Assembly: GCA_004431415.1 (NCBI GenBank)
Contig: QPMI01000409.1
Span: 310,001 to 374,000 of the forward strand
Source: Cyanophora paradoxa CCMP329
Lineage: Eukaryota > Plantae > Glaucophyta
Reading direction: 5' to 3'
Length of the DNA: 64,000 bases
In this document: piece after piece, positions 1-12,003 of the stretch
How the letters are laid out: the number at the start of each line of letters is the position of its first letter
Position numbering within the stretch: the stretch's first letter is position 1
Made by a program: the position numbers and the translations under genes
The notes under the pieces: model-generated
Seen by the model: only the letters and a program-made list of their open reading frames with translations
What the model was told of the DNA's origin: nothing
Databases searched by the model: none

Positions 1-1181
1 CCTCACGATCGAGGATTCCCGCATATCTCTGGCTGTCAGCTTCAGATCCTGTCACACCTGTCTCGCCACTGCAATGGATTAGGAGATGATCATCAAGTGA
101 GAATTGAGCACTTACGAAGTTGGCTGATCTTGGGGATCATCAGAACCAAGGAGGCTAGACTCAGCAGCTGCAGACGCTGCAGATGCAAGTCCTTGCACTG
201 CACTGCGGTACAAGGATCGAAGCGCCTCGCCTCCAGCACCACCCTTCGATGCTCGTTTGACTCGCAAGCTCTGATCCATTGCCTGCAGCTCCTGACTGCT
301 TGACCATCAGGATTTGTTCCTTAGAGGTTGCAGAAGACACTCACTTTTTTCGTGCACGGTACTTCCGAAGGTCGTGTGCTATGGCCTCCCGGAAGCGCAC
401 CACCTCCCGCTCTTTCCGATCTCGTAGTAAGCTGTCAGCAACCTCTTCTAGCTGTTCAAGTCGCTCAGCGAGTCCACCTGCACACACAAGCATTCGAAAG
501 GTGCCTCATGACAGAAGATGGCACACAAAACACACCCAGCTGCTCTCGCGCTGCGGCAAGCGAAGCACTGACGGCCGGGACCGCTTGTAGTTCGTTCTGA
601 AGCTCTTGCCATGCCACTGCAGATTGTGCGCACTTCTCCTCAAGGGTCTGCACTTGGTGCAGTGTAATCTGCACATCTTTTCATTACAAACGAATTTCGC
701 CTGAATTAATATAAAAACTAGAGAGCTTCGTTTCTTAGCCAGTATTCGTATTATGCTCATCTTGAAACCCGTATATCGCACAAAGAGCAGAATTCGTCTG
801 CAAGCATGTCCAACACAACAAGCGTAAAACACAGGTCTCACCGGTAGGCGCGAAACCAAGGCATGGTTGTTCGCCTTCATCTTGCCACTGAAAGCCTCGT
901 ATCTGAAAGAAGACGTTTGGTAACGAATGGCTCTTTGGCAGCAAATGGCAGCGCACTTCTGAGAGAATGGCACGCCCGCAGAGAAGTCCACGCATCGCTC
1001 GGACGTACTCCGCGCATCAGTCTGCGTCTGAGTCGGGCCATCCTGCTGACGCGTCGCCGGCTCGCCGGCAGGGTCCCGCTTCAACTTCGCGTCGATGCTG
1101 CGGGTTGCGCGCGCGGTCAGATTCGAGGCTGCAGGCAGCGACGAACAGGACAAACCCCTTGATCAAATCCTTGAACCACAT
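1..1181 (-). CDS. Coiled-coil protein, dysbindin/BLOC-1 subunit-like; multi-exon, 3' end probably beyond window start
   Basis: ATG at 1181 (MWFKDLIKG|IDAKLKRD). Spliced exons give RYEAFSGKMKANNHAL, AWQELQNELQAVPAVSASLAAAREQL|GGLAERLEQLEEVADSLL and LRKYRARK|NQELQAM, whose spacing resembles dysbindin (RYEDTW...LQEQLQQLP...LENYKKNKRKEL). Family call from memory only. Confidence 0.45.
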
Positions 1182-1704
1182 CGTCGCTGTAGTACGACCG
1201 CTGCGGTGGTACTCCGTCCGCTTCGCGTTTCCGTCTGCCGACGCCGCTGTCGCCGCTCGCGTTCTTTTCGCCGCCCTCGCGTCGCCGCTAACGCCGGCTA
1301 GAAAGCGGTCTGAAGGCGGCTGAGAGCGCCCAAAGAGCCGTCTGACGGGGTACGACGCCAAAACAACGAGAGCGCGCCCAGCCCGCCCATACCAACGCAG
1401 CGCGCGCTTTGGCGCATCGGAGCCGTCCAGGCGAGCGCATTGCGCCAGGCTGGCCAGGCTGGACAGCGCAGTGGCAACTTGCAACGCTCAGCGGCTAGCG
1501 CCAGCGCGCGCTGGCTGGCGCTAGCGCTGGCGCCCGGCGCTAGCGCTATCGCTTGCAGATCGGTCACGAGTCATTGGATACAGATGCAAGAGAACAAGAC
1601 ACGCACAAGAATAAAGCAGTGCGTGATATATCGACATCATGAAACATTAGTCTGGAGGTCTCCAGGTGCCGCGACTTTCCTAGCCTACCGGTACCACCTC
1701 ATGA

Positions 1705-3643
1705 TCAGGACCCTCCTGAAATCGAAGGAGGGGGCGCGGCGGGTGGGCCGGGCTCGCCGGCACGGGCGTGGAGGCGGGCGAGGACGCGGCGCGCAGCGGC
1801 AGCCTCGGGGGAGGCGGCCCGGCGAGCCGCCTCGCAGGCTCGCAGGCCGCCCTCCAGCAGCGGGCGGGCCCCCTCGACGTCCCCCGCCTCCATACGAGCC
1901 TGCCACGCGTACGATGACCACTATGGTCAGTCACTCGGCGGGCGAGCGGGGCCTGGATTCAACCTCGCACCTCGCCCAGGGCGAGCATCGTGGCGGCGGT
2001 GCTCGCGTGCTCCGGCCCGTACGCCCGCCGCCGGATCTCCAACGCCCGCTGCCGCCGGGGCGCTTAGCTATAGCCGCGCTCGGGAGAAACGTCAACGGGG
2101 GCCCGGGAGCACCTCGTAGAAGGCGCGGGCTGCGCTGCCTTCCCCGCGGGACCTGTGCAGCCTGCGGGACGCGGTCACAGCACGGCGGGCCAGCCTCCGT
2201 GGAGGCCGCGGGGCGCGCGCGCCGCCCGATCTCGTGGAGGGTAGCCGCCGTGGCGGGGTGGTCTGGCCCCAGGGACCGCTCCCGCGCCGCCAGCGCCCGC
2301 TGCGGGCAGTTGCAGCCCACTCGGCGAAAAGCGAAGCGAAGGAAGACGGCGGGAGCTGGGGGGGCGAGTACCTCGAGGAGGCCCAGGGCGGCGGCGTACT
2401 CGCCGCGGGCGGCGGTGAGGCGCCCCAGCTGGTGCAGCGAGGCCGCCGTGTCCGGGTCCGGGTCCGAGTCGGGCCCGCCCGCCGCAGCTGCCCTCGCTGC
2501 CAGCGCCCGCTGCAGAACGCTCAGCGGGGTGGGGTGGGGATGGAAGACGGGGGTGCAGCGCACCTCGCAGGCGACAGTCGCGCCGGCGAGGTCCCCGCAG
2601 GCCTGCGGAGAGGGGGGGTGGTCTTTAGCGGTGGAAAAGACGGAGGGGAGGGGGATACGGGGTGAGCGCCTCGAGGCAGAGGGAGAACTCGTGAAGGGCG
2701 GCCCCTGCCCCGGGCTCTGCACTGCAGTCTGCGGCGCGGCGGGCGAGGCGGAGGGCGCGGGGCAGGTCCCCCCGGGCCCGCAGCAGCCGCGCGAGCTCCG
2801 TCGCGGCCACTTCCACTTCCTTCCCCGTCCCTCGTTCTGCCTCCATCAGCGCGCGCTGCGGGCGGGTCGCCGGGTGAGCAGAAGGCGGGCGGGCGTGCGG
2901 AGGCTCGAGCGCGCCTCGGCGCGGAGGACCGCCTCGTCCAGCGCGGGCAGTGCTCCCGCGGGCTCGCAGGCCGCATCCGCCGCCGCCGCTGCCGCCGGCC
3001 GCGGCGCCGGCCGCGGCGAGCTCGGCTCTGGCTGCCGCGTCTCGAGCTCCACGCATACGTCCCGCGTCTGCAATGGCGCCAGCGCCGGCCGCGGCCGGTC
3101 TAGATCTAAATCTGCGGACCTCGCCGGGCCCTCGGGGACGGGCGGAAGCGGTCGCGCCGAAGCGGCGTCGTGCGCCGCCCGCCGAGGTGGTACTGGCGGC
3201 GCGGGAAGAGGTTTCGCTCGCGCCGCCGCGGGCGCTGTACATGTATACATGGCAGATCCGGGCGCTGAGGGGGCTGCAGTGGTCGCGCCCGGCGCCGGCG
3301 ACTTCGAGGACGGACTGGGAACTTGGTCTGAAGACCTCGTACTGCATGGCGGGTTCGACGTGCTGCTGGAGCCCGCCGCGGGCCCAAACGAGCTCAAGTA
3401 GTGCTTCTGCCGGTCATGCGGGCTTGCGGCGATGTTGGAGCAGCTCTCAGAGATGAACGGCGCGCGCTGGCCTTGATCGCCTTCTCCCCGCCGCCTTGCT
3501 CGAGGGCGTGCGGGTCCGGCCCGCGTGAGCGCCTTCGAGCCGCGACAACCCATCGCTAATACGGAGCCGACAAGCCACAAAGCGCCGAGAAAAGCGCTGA
3601 ATGCGCCCGTCGGCCGCAGCCGTCGGTCGCAGGCCCCGCGCAA
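1705..3643 (-). CDS. Tetratricopeptide-repeat protein (kinesin light chain/TPR_12-like); 5' end uncertain
   Basis: Spliced repeats DTAASLHQLGRLTAARGEYAAALGLLE|RALAARERSLGPDHPATAATLHEIGR|LHRSRGEGSAARAFYE|RALEIRRRAYGPEHASTAATMLALGE. Stop at 1705-1707. Confidence 0.75.
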
Positions 3644-4838
3644 GCGCTGCGTCGATCGGCTGACCGGCTGGCAGCTTTTGTTGCTCTTCTAACAACTCCG
3701 AAGCTTGAAAAACGCGCCCGAAGGGCGCTGGGGACGCGAGCCGAGGCAAAACCCTTCCGATATATTGCGTACCCTGCTGCTCTGTTTTTGCGACACAATC
3801 TCGCTTGCTGTTCGGCCTCGAACTGCACACAGCAACGTGTTCCCTGCCTCTCGAAGCTCCCCTATGGCTACGCGGACCACGACAACGGTCTCGACCACGC
3901 TTTCAGTCGATGCACCGTGGCAGTGCGCGATAGTCACTCCTACTTATGCTGGTACGTTTATCGGTCGAATGCACCCGAAAACGACCGCGAGCGCGTCGCC
4001 CCCCTGGTCGACAGTCGCCTCCGCGAAGCTCCGCGCGTTCTGACGGGCGCGCTCCGGGCAGATGGCCCTCAGTTCACTGTTACCCACTATCCGTGAGTTA
4101 TTTCCTTGCTTTTTCTGCTCGCCAGCCGCTGACAGCGTGGCACCCTCAGCCACCTCGTCGCCACTCAGGTCCTCCGAGCCTGTCGAGCGAGTGATGGGAA
4201 GTCCGCGCGGACCGCTGAGATCGTCGCGCGCAGACTATCAACGGCGTCCAGACGCAGCTGCTGAAGGACAGCAAGCCCTTTAGCACCCGCGAGGCGGTGC
4301 GCGACCCGCCGAGCCGCGCCGCGCCGCGCCGCCGCGCACACTCTCACTCGGGCCGGCCCGGCCGCCCGCGCAGCTCACCGCGGCCCAGAATAGCCTCCGG
4401 GACACCTACAAAGACGTGTGAGTGCCTGAGTGCCCCGCGCGGCTCGCCGCGCCGCTCCGCTCCGCGCCGCGCCGCCGCTGATCGATCCTGGGACGCGCCC
4501 GGCAGGCGTGGCGTCTCGGCGGGCATTCCCTCCTGGAAGTCCTCCCACAACTACAACTTCCCCTTGTCCGCCTCGCCCCGCCCCGCCCCTGCCTCTCACG
4601 ATCGACCGCACCTGACCGGACCGCCCCCGCAGCTAAGCGACCTCGCCCATCAGTCAGTGGAGAAGGGCGCCGGCGGGGACCCCGCCCCCGCCGTCGCCAG
4701 CGCGCCCCGTGTAGATACGCCGATATCGATAGCGCTCCCCTGGCATGCTTTTTCGCCTGTTTTTCGTTTTTCAAGCCGGAGGCGGACGCAGAGCTTAAAG
4801 CGCGGTGCGGCCTGCTGGGCGGGGCGGGGCTGGGCGCG

Positions 4839-6263
4839 TCACGCGGGCCGGCGGGCGAGGGTGACGAGGCAGTGCTGGGGCAGGACGATTGGCTCGGCCG
4901 TGTAGAGCTCGTCGATCACCTCCCGCAGCGCCTGCGCGCGCGCCTCCGGCTCAGCGAACCTGGCCATGGGGCCCAGGCGGGACCCGGGGAGCCGGGGCGC
5001 GCCTGGATGAACTTGGCGAGGAAGGGGGCGGGGTCCCCGCTGCCTGCCGCCTGCCGGGCCGCCCCGAGCAGAATCGGCGAGTCCTTTGAGACCTGCATGC
5101 GAGTTCGCCGCCCCTCTAGGCGCCCCGTCTTTTTCCACTTTCGGTCACGTGTACCTTGAAAAGGACGTCCCGCGTGGGCCAAATGACGTCGTGCGAGACG
5201 GTTTGAACCTTGGGAGGGAATGAGAGCGGGTAAGGGGGAAGAGGGAGAGGGGGGGGGTACCTCGACGTCGGTCCAGCCGGCGGCCTCGAACTCGGCCCTG
5301 ATCGTCGCCGGGTCCGAGAGGGAAAGGGGGCCGGGGCCTCCCGGGACTGGCTTCGGCTGCTGCAGGCCGGTCAGAACAGATGAGGGACATGAGGAGCGGG
5401 GGAGGGTAGAGAGGAGGGTAGGAGGGTAGGAGGGTACAAGACCTCGTAGGAGGGTAGCACGCGCTTCAGAGCGCGAGGCTGCAGGTCGAGAAACTGCGCG
5501 CGACAGGGGGGTACGCTTGGGTCGGTGCAGCGGGGTACGTGAGAGGGCGGCGGCGGGCCTCGAAAGGGAGGGTCCAGGAGGTGACGAGGGCGAGGCCGCC
5601 GGGGCGGACGGCGGCGAGGATGGAGCGGAGGCACTTGGCGCGGTCGGGGACGAAGATGATGCCGAAGCTCGAGGCGACGGCGTCGAAGCTGCCGTCGGCG
5701 AGCGGGCCGAGCTCCTGCGCGTCGGCCCGCTGCACGGCGAGCACGCGCTCCCGCTCGCCGGCCGGCAGCAGCTCCGCCCCGCGCCGCAGGTGGGCCAGCA
5801 TCTCTTCCGCGAAGTCCGTCGCCACGACGCTGTAGCCCGCCCTCGCCAGCGCGAACGTCAGCGCGCCCGTGCCTGCTGCCAGCTGCCGCGCCGAACTCAG
5901 CGCCGGCAGGCCGGGGCGGCCCGCGCAGGGTCCAGACGCGTACGTCGAGGATCTTCCCGCCCGACGCGCCGCCGTGGCGCTGCGCGTAGTCCCCCAGCAG
6001 CTTGACCGCGTCGCGCGTGTACATCGATGTGACTGCGGGCGTCTGTCAGTTCGTGGCCGGCGTGACGAGCATCGCCAAACCATCGTAAGCAGTCGCGTGA
6101 GCGCTACTCGCTGGCACGCACCGTCCGTGATGTACTCAGCATACACGGACGCCATCTGGTTCCAGGGCGCGGTAGCTGCGCGATGCGGTGCACGAGCCCG
6201 CGAGCGTCAATCGTCGGCCGAGGCAGGCAGAGCGGTGCACGTACGATCCGGGGCGACCGCCAT
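4839..6263 (-). CDS. Class I SAM-dependent methyltransferase (Methyltransf_11/25-like), paralogue 1
   Basis: ATG 6263. Motif I ILD|LAAGTG, then VVATDFAEEML, ADAQELGPLADGSFDAV and AVRPGG. Ends HCLVTLARRPA* at 4839. Confidence 0.85.
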
Positions 6264-6434
6264 CTCTGCGCGCGTCACGGCGTCGGAAGATTTGCGCGTC
6301 TAGCAGAGCTCTCGAGTCGGATCAAAGAGCGCGGCTTCAAGGCTCAAGGCTCAAGGCTCAATGCTCAAGCCGCGAGGGGGGTACGGCTTGCTCGCTGCCA
6401 GGCTGTGGCGCTGCTACCGGAGACGCGCGCGAAG

Positions 6435-7874
6435 ATGGTCGCCGCCCCGGATCGTACGTGCATGCTCTCCGCGTATCTGCTCGGAACAACGCTCACCTCC
6501 GCACCGTGCATCGCAGCCTCAGCGCTCTGGAACAACGTGGCTTCCGTTTGCACGGAGTTCATTACGGATATAAGCTCGATGTACACGCGAGATGCGGTCA
6601 AGCTGTTTGGGGACTACGTGCAGCGCCGCGGCGGCGCTTCGGGTGGGCGGGTCCTCGAGGTCCGTTGCGTTGTCTGCAGCTGGCCATGGATCTCCGCATG
6701 AGCCGCTTCGCCAGCGCTCCGCTTCGCCAGCGCTCACGGCGGGGGCTCAGATTACGGCGGGCACGGGCGCGCTGACGTTCGCGCTGGCGAGGGCGGGCTA
6801 CAGCGTCGTGGCGACGGACTTCGCGGAAGAGATGCTGGCCCACCTGCGGCGCGGGGCGGAGCTGCTGCCGGCCGGCGAGCGGGAGCGCGTGCTCGCCGTG
6901 CAGCGGGCCGACGCGCAGGAGCTCGGCCCGCTCGCCGACGGCAGCTTCGACGCCGTCGCCTCGAGCTTCGGCATCATCTTCGTCCCCGACCGCGCCAAGT
7001 GCCTCCGCTCCATCCTCGCCGCCGTCCGCCCCGGCGGCCTCGCCCTCGTCACCTCCTGGACCCTCCCTTTCGAGGCCCGCCCGCTTTCGAGCTTCGTACC
7101 CCGCCACGCCGCTCAACCCTAACTTATCGCACCGCCAAACTGCAGGTCCTTGACCTGCAGCCCCGCGCCCTTAAGCGCGTGATTCCCTCCTACGAGGTCT
7201 TGTACCCCTTTCCCCAGTATCCCTCTTTCGCCCTGACCGGCCTGCAGCCGCCGAAGCCACCCCCCGGGGCCCCCGGCCCTCTCGCCCTTGCGGACCCGGC
7301 GGAGATCCGAGCCGAGTTCGAGGCCGCCGGCTGGACCGACGTCGAGGTACCCCCCTCGCTCCCCCTCCCTCTTCCCCCTTACCCGCTCTCATCCCCCCCG
7401 CAGGTCCACCCCGTCTCGCACGACGTCGCCTGGCCCACGCGGGACGTCCTCTTCAACGTGACCGCACTTTTCTTACATGGTCGCTTTGAGCTCGAGGGTA
7501 CCCTAAGAAAGCTTAAAGGGCGCCAGGTGGCGAAGACGTCGCCGGCGTTGCTGTTTGCGGCCCGGCAGGCGGCCGGCAGCGGGGACCCTGCCCCTTGTCT
7601 CGACAAGTTCATCCAGGTGCGCCCGACCCCCCGTCTCGAGCTCACTTCGTCTGCCGCTCCCCGGGCCCGCTGCAGTCTCATGGTCTGGGCGCGCAGGCGC
7701 TGCGGGAGGTGATCGATGAGAGCTACGAGTCCGAGCCGATCGTCCTGCCTCAGGTGATCGTGACCTGCCGGCGCCGACTCGGAGGCGGGCGAAGGCCCGG
7801 GCCGGCCCTGCCAGGCTGACCCGGCGCGCCCCGCGCAGCACTGCCTCGTCACCCTCGCCCGGCGACCCGCCTGA
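6435..7874 (+). CDS. Class I SAM-dependent methyltransferase, paralogue 2 (inverted, head-to-head with paralogue 1)
   Basis: ATG 6435. VLE|ITAGTG and the same central exon as paralogue 1. Ends HCLVTLARRPA* at 7874. Confidence 0.85.
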
Positions 7875-8176
7875 GCCGCAGCTGGCCAGACGCAACCTTC
7901 ACCTGCACTTGAAGCTTGAGCATGGAGCGCGATGCCGCTCTGGCGAGGAGTCTCGGAGCACTCTGCCTCGAAGGAACGCCACTTGTGACCCGGCGTGGTC
8001 AACGCTCCCTGGAGCGAGCAGCGCTAGCGTGAGCTTGGTACTCCATGGTGCCTACTGCGGCATGCTGCGCCTCGCGGCGCGCGTGCCGGCGGCGGCGGGA
8101 CGCGGACGGTAACGTCCAGTACCCCCGATAGCCCTATATATACCCGCCGAAAATCTCCCTTAGCAGAAAAAAAACC

Positions 8177-8235
8177 TCCCTAATGGTGTAGAGGTCAGCA
8201 TACCGCGCTTTCACCGCGGCGACCCGGGTTCGAAC
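8177..8235 (+). pseudogene. 3'-truncated tRNA-Glu(UUC), first 59 nt, copy 1
   Basis: Identical to 22393-22451, then diverges after GGTTCGAAC into TTCGTGATAATTTACTA. TATA-like CTATATATA ~40 bp upstream. Confidence 0.9.
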
Positions 8236-9489
8236 TTCGTGATAATTTACTATACCCCCTCTTTCGTGCTATGGTATACCCTCGGCGCGCGTGGGCCCCG
8301 TACCTATACCCCCTCCCCTCCTCCCTTCTTTGATTTAATTTCGGATCCGAGTTCCTGCACACGTCTTCGACTTCCCCAACTGGGTGACATGCATTCCCCC
8401 CCCTCCCCCCTCCCCCCCCCTCCCTCCCCGCCCCCCCCCCCTCCCTCCCGGTGATCATGAGGCTCTCCCCCGGCCCTCTGCCCCCTCCGATCTGCTAGCT
8501 GCATTGCTAGCTGCCCGACCTCATGATCACTATCGAGATTTCAGCTGCATTGCTGCTAGGCTATCACGTGCACCTATATATAGCTAGGCCTGTCCGATGG
8601 TCAGGCATCGCTATTACTTGGGCGCGTCCGCATATGCATATATATAGGCAGCTGCAGTTGTGAGGTTAACGTTGTGAGTTGTGAGGTGAAACTTGAAATG
8701 CCACAGTGCAGCAATATTAATGCGTATGGAACCACGCGTATCAGGGACTGACCAGCGCATTCTACCCCCTTGGCAATTGTTCAATTTCTTGCACCAAAGT
8801 TCAGTAACTGATGGCGGACGACACGGGCCCCGGCGGGGCGCGCGCCACTGACCCAAAATTTGAGAAAGTGACTCTGAAGACCGTGGCAGAAGCCGACGGC
8901 GCCTTCGCAGCGCTCGTTGGCGGTGCCGGCCGCCGCGAGCCGGCCGCGGAGCAGCCCGCGGCCGCGAAGCGGGCGCAGGCGGTGCGGTGCAGCGTGCCAG
9001 ATCCCTCCGAAGCGGTCGGCCGCGGCGCGAACAGATCCGGTGAGTCCTTGCTCGCGCGGCGTTCCCGCGCTTTTAACGGCTGCGGCGAAAACCGCAGGCG
9101 CCGACGTACGGCTGCGGTGCACGTGCGCGCGTGCTGCGGCGTTTTCGATCTTGTCTGGATCCTTCGAAACAGCCGCTGAGCGCGCCCGCGCGGCCCGCCT
9201 GCCGAGCGGCGTGCTCTGGACGCTGCGGCAGTCCCGGAGTCCTAACGTGCTTCGCATAGGAATGTGAGATCGGCCTCGTCGCCTTCGCACGACGGTGAGC
9301 TCCGCCCGCTGCACCCGCCCGCGCGCGGCCGGCGCCCGCTCGCCCGCTGCAATTGTGACCCCCGCTCGTCGCCTGCAGCACACCGCTTGCATCAGCTACA
9401 TCTTTAGCTTGCGCAGGGAGCACTGGGCGGCTTCGCCGCGCGGTGCTGCGCACCTGGCCCTGCCGCGCAGTGCTGCGCACCTGGCCCCT

Positions 9490-10030
9490 AGGCCTGCCGC
9501 ACCTGGCACCTGGCCCCCGGGCCCGCTGGGCCTCGCCCCTGCACGGCCGCTGTCCGGGGCGAGCTGACGCCTCGGCCCTGCAGCTGCGCAGGCTATGCGC
9601 AGCGCCCGCCGCCCGCCGCCCGCCGGCTGCTTCAGCTTCGTCGACTCCAGGTTCGCCCCGCCGCTGCTGCTGGGCACCTGGCCCGGCCGCTCCCGCTGGG
9701 CCCCGCCCCTGCACGGCCGCTGTCCGGGGCGAGCTGACGCCTCCGAGGCTCGGCCCTGCGCAGGCTATGCGCAGGGCCCGGCGTCGCCTGCCGCTCCGCC
9801 CGCATCCCCGCCCGCCGCCCCACCGTCTGCCTCAGCTTCGTCTGCTCCAGGTTCGCCCCGCCGCTGCTGCTGGGCACCTGGCCCGGCCGCCCCCGCTGTG
9901 CCCCGCCCCTGCACGGCCGCTGTCCGGGGCGAGCTGACGCCTCGGCTCTCCGCATGCGCAGGCTATGCAGAGGGCCCGGCGCCACCTTCCTCTCCCCCCG
10001 CATCTCCGCCCGCCGCCCCACCGGCTGCCC
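9490..10030. repeat. About three diverged ~180-200-bp GC-rich tandem repeats inside the TIR element
   Basis: Recurring CCCCTGCACGGCCGCTGTCCGGGGCGAGCTGACGCCTC near 9536, 9706 and 9906. Confidence 0.8.
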
Positions 10031-10429
10031 GCCAGCCTGGTGCCGCCGCCCGCCTCCCCCCTCCCCTCCCCCCCTCCCCCTCCCCCCCCCCCTCCTCCGG
10101 ATCCCCTTCCGGGATCCCCTCCCTGCAATGTGTACGCGGTCTGCTAGTATACTGGAGACGACGCGGTATACTGTGGGCGCCTCCTCTGCGCCGTCGCCTC
10201 AGCCGCCGCGTGCGGCCGCGGAGGGCGGCGAGGGGGCGGAGGAGGGAGCCATCGGGGCGGGGCGGTGCTCGCGGCGGAGATCCTGCGCCGCTGCGCGCGG
10301 GACGACGCGATCCTTGCCCGTGCCGCCAGACCACGGCCGCGCGCGGTGCCTAGGTAAATTAGAGACGCCGCGGTACTTACAGGGGCCGCGGCGGTTCCTA
10401 TATGCGCTGCGCGGTACATATAAAATAGA

Positions 10430-10680
10430 ACCGCCGCGGCGCCTTCCTGTACCGCCACGTGCGGCACTTTCATGTACCGCCGCGGCGCCTACATGCACCG
10501 CCGCGGCGCCTAGAAGTACCGCCGCGGCGCCTTCATGTACCGCCGCGGCGCCTACAAGTACCGCCGCGGCGCCTTCATGTACCGCCGCGGCGCTTTCCAT
10601 GTACCGCCGCGGCGCTTTCATGTACCGCCGCGGCGCTTTCATGTACCGCCGCGGCGCTTTCACGTACCGCCGCGGCGCCA
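10430..10680. repeat. 21-bp minisatellite (ATGTACCGCCGCGGCGCYTTC-like) inside the TIR element
   Basis: About 11 adjacent copies, with no unique spacers. Confidence 0.9.
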
Positions 10681-12003
10681 ACAAGATCGTCTATAGAGGC
10701 GCGCAGCAGTGCCGCGGCGGCACTTATTCTAAGCTGCAAGCGATGCCCAGTGAATGATCATGAGTGATATATGAGGCTTCTTGAGTGGTAATATGCAGTA
10801 TACATGCTGTCATTAAGTGGTTATGGATTCACCCTCCGAGGTCAGTTTTCATGATGACGGAGTTGGGGTAAGGTACAATTCACAAGTTTGACACCTCATC
10901 CGACGTTTCAAGTTTCGGGGGCCTCTTACAGGATAGGTTAATTTGCGAGCCCCGACCTTCGGATATATCCTGAAAGCCCTTTTTATCGCCGTTCTCATGA
11001 TGCCCTCCGATCTAATATACCTCCTCTCCATCAAGAGATATTCATTTCAAAACGAAAATACTGTTAATGGCACATGGTGCCCTGGTCTCCCTCTGGCCAT
11101 CCCCCTAGCGCCCGGGGCCCCCGAGTCATCTTATAGATTCTGAATCCCTGTTTAAAAGGTGTTGTTTTTCAGTGCTCCGATGAAGGCGCGGGGCCCGCCC
11201 CGGGGAGAACGGGTGCGGTTCCGAGGGCCCATCCCCTCATGTGCCCCCCGCACTCCTCGAGGCCGGCCTCGTGCCCAGCACCCGGCGCCCCCAGCTCATC
11301 TTATAGATTCTGAATCCCTGTATAATACATGCTGTTTCCCAGTGCTTCGATGCAGGCGCGGGGCCGCGGGGCGTGCCGCTGCGCCGCCCGCCGCGCCGCT
11401 CGCCGCCGCGCCGCACGCCGCGCCGCCCGCCCGCTGCGCCGTCTGCCGTCCGCTGCCCGCCTTCCGCCCTGCTTGTAGAAGATCCCTGCGCCCGCCCCGC
11501 CTTGCAGCCTCAGCCGGCGCCGCTCGCCCGGGGCGGGGCGGGGGGCGGGGGGCGGGGCGGGCCCTTGTCAAAGACGCAGTGGGAGGAGCGGGAGCGGTAC
11601 GGCAGGCACCGCCCGTCTGCCACCAGAAAGTCTGCCGCCCCGTCGCCCCGGGGGCGGGGGGGGGGGGGGGGGGGGTACCGTGCTCGGCCGGGACGGCGGC
11701 CTCGGGGGAGCCCGGGGAAGCGGCCCGCGCGGCGAGGAAGGGCGGCCCAATGCAGTACCAGTCGAACGGCGTTGCCGTGCTCCGGTAGTGCCCCTCCCAG
11801 TCCGGCACTCGTCTGCGGCGCCGCGTCAAGGCGGCGGGGCGGGCCGGGGCGGGGCGCGGGGCGGGCCCTGGGGGAAGTCGGGCATCGGGGTGAGCTCGCC
11901 CCGCAGGAGGGGTGCGCCACCGTGAACGCCCGCCTGCGCCCCCGTCAAACGAGCCGCCCGGCGCGCCTGCCCGCGGCCCCGGTCGGCCCCGGGGCGGGGC
12001 GGG

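Noticed and set aside
1905-1955. TPR gene as a pseudogene because of a TGA and palindromes
   Set aside because: These fall inside a GT-AG intron, and the flanking exons join in frame.
1440-3401. 653-aa plus-strand ORF and other long Arg/Pro/Gly-rich ORFs (e.g. 29805-31076, 59186-61003)
   Set aside because: These are shadow ORFs caused by stop-codon scarcity at very high GC. They are antisense or off-frame to spliced genes.
8140-8260. Permuted, split or T-loop-intron tRNA explanation for the truncated tRNA-Glu copies
   Set aside because: The missing 3' piece CCCGGTTAGGGA occurs only in the intact gene within this window, and no bulge-helix-bulge pairing is evident.
10849-11034. ORF with faint resemblance to an IS3-type HTH (AFRIYPKVGARKLT)
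   Set aside because: Only 61 aa, with no DDE domain nearby. The similarity is too weak to call a transposase.
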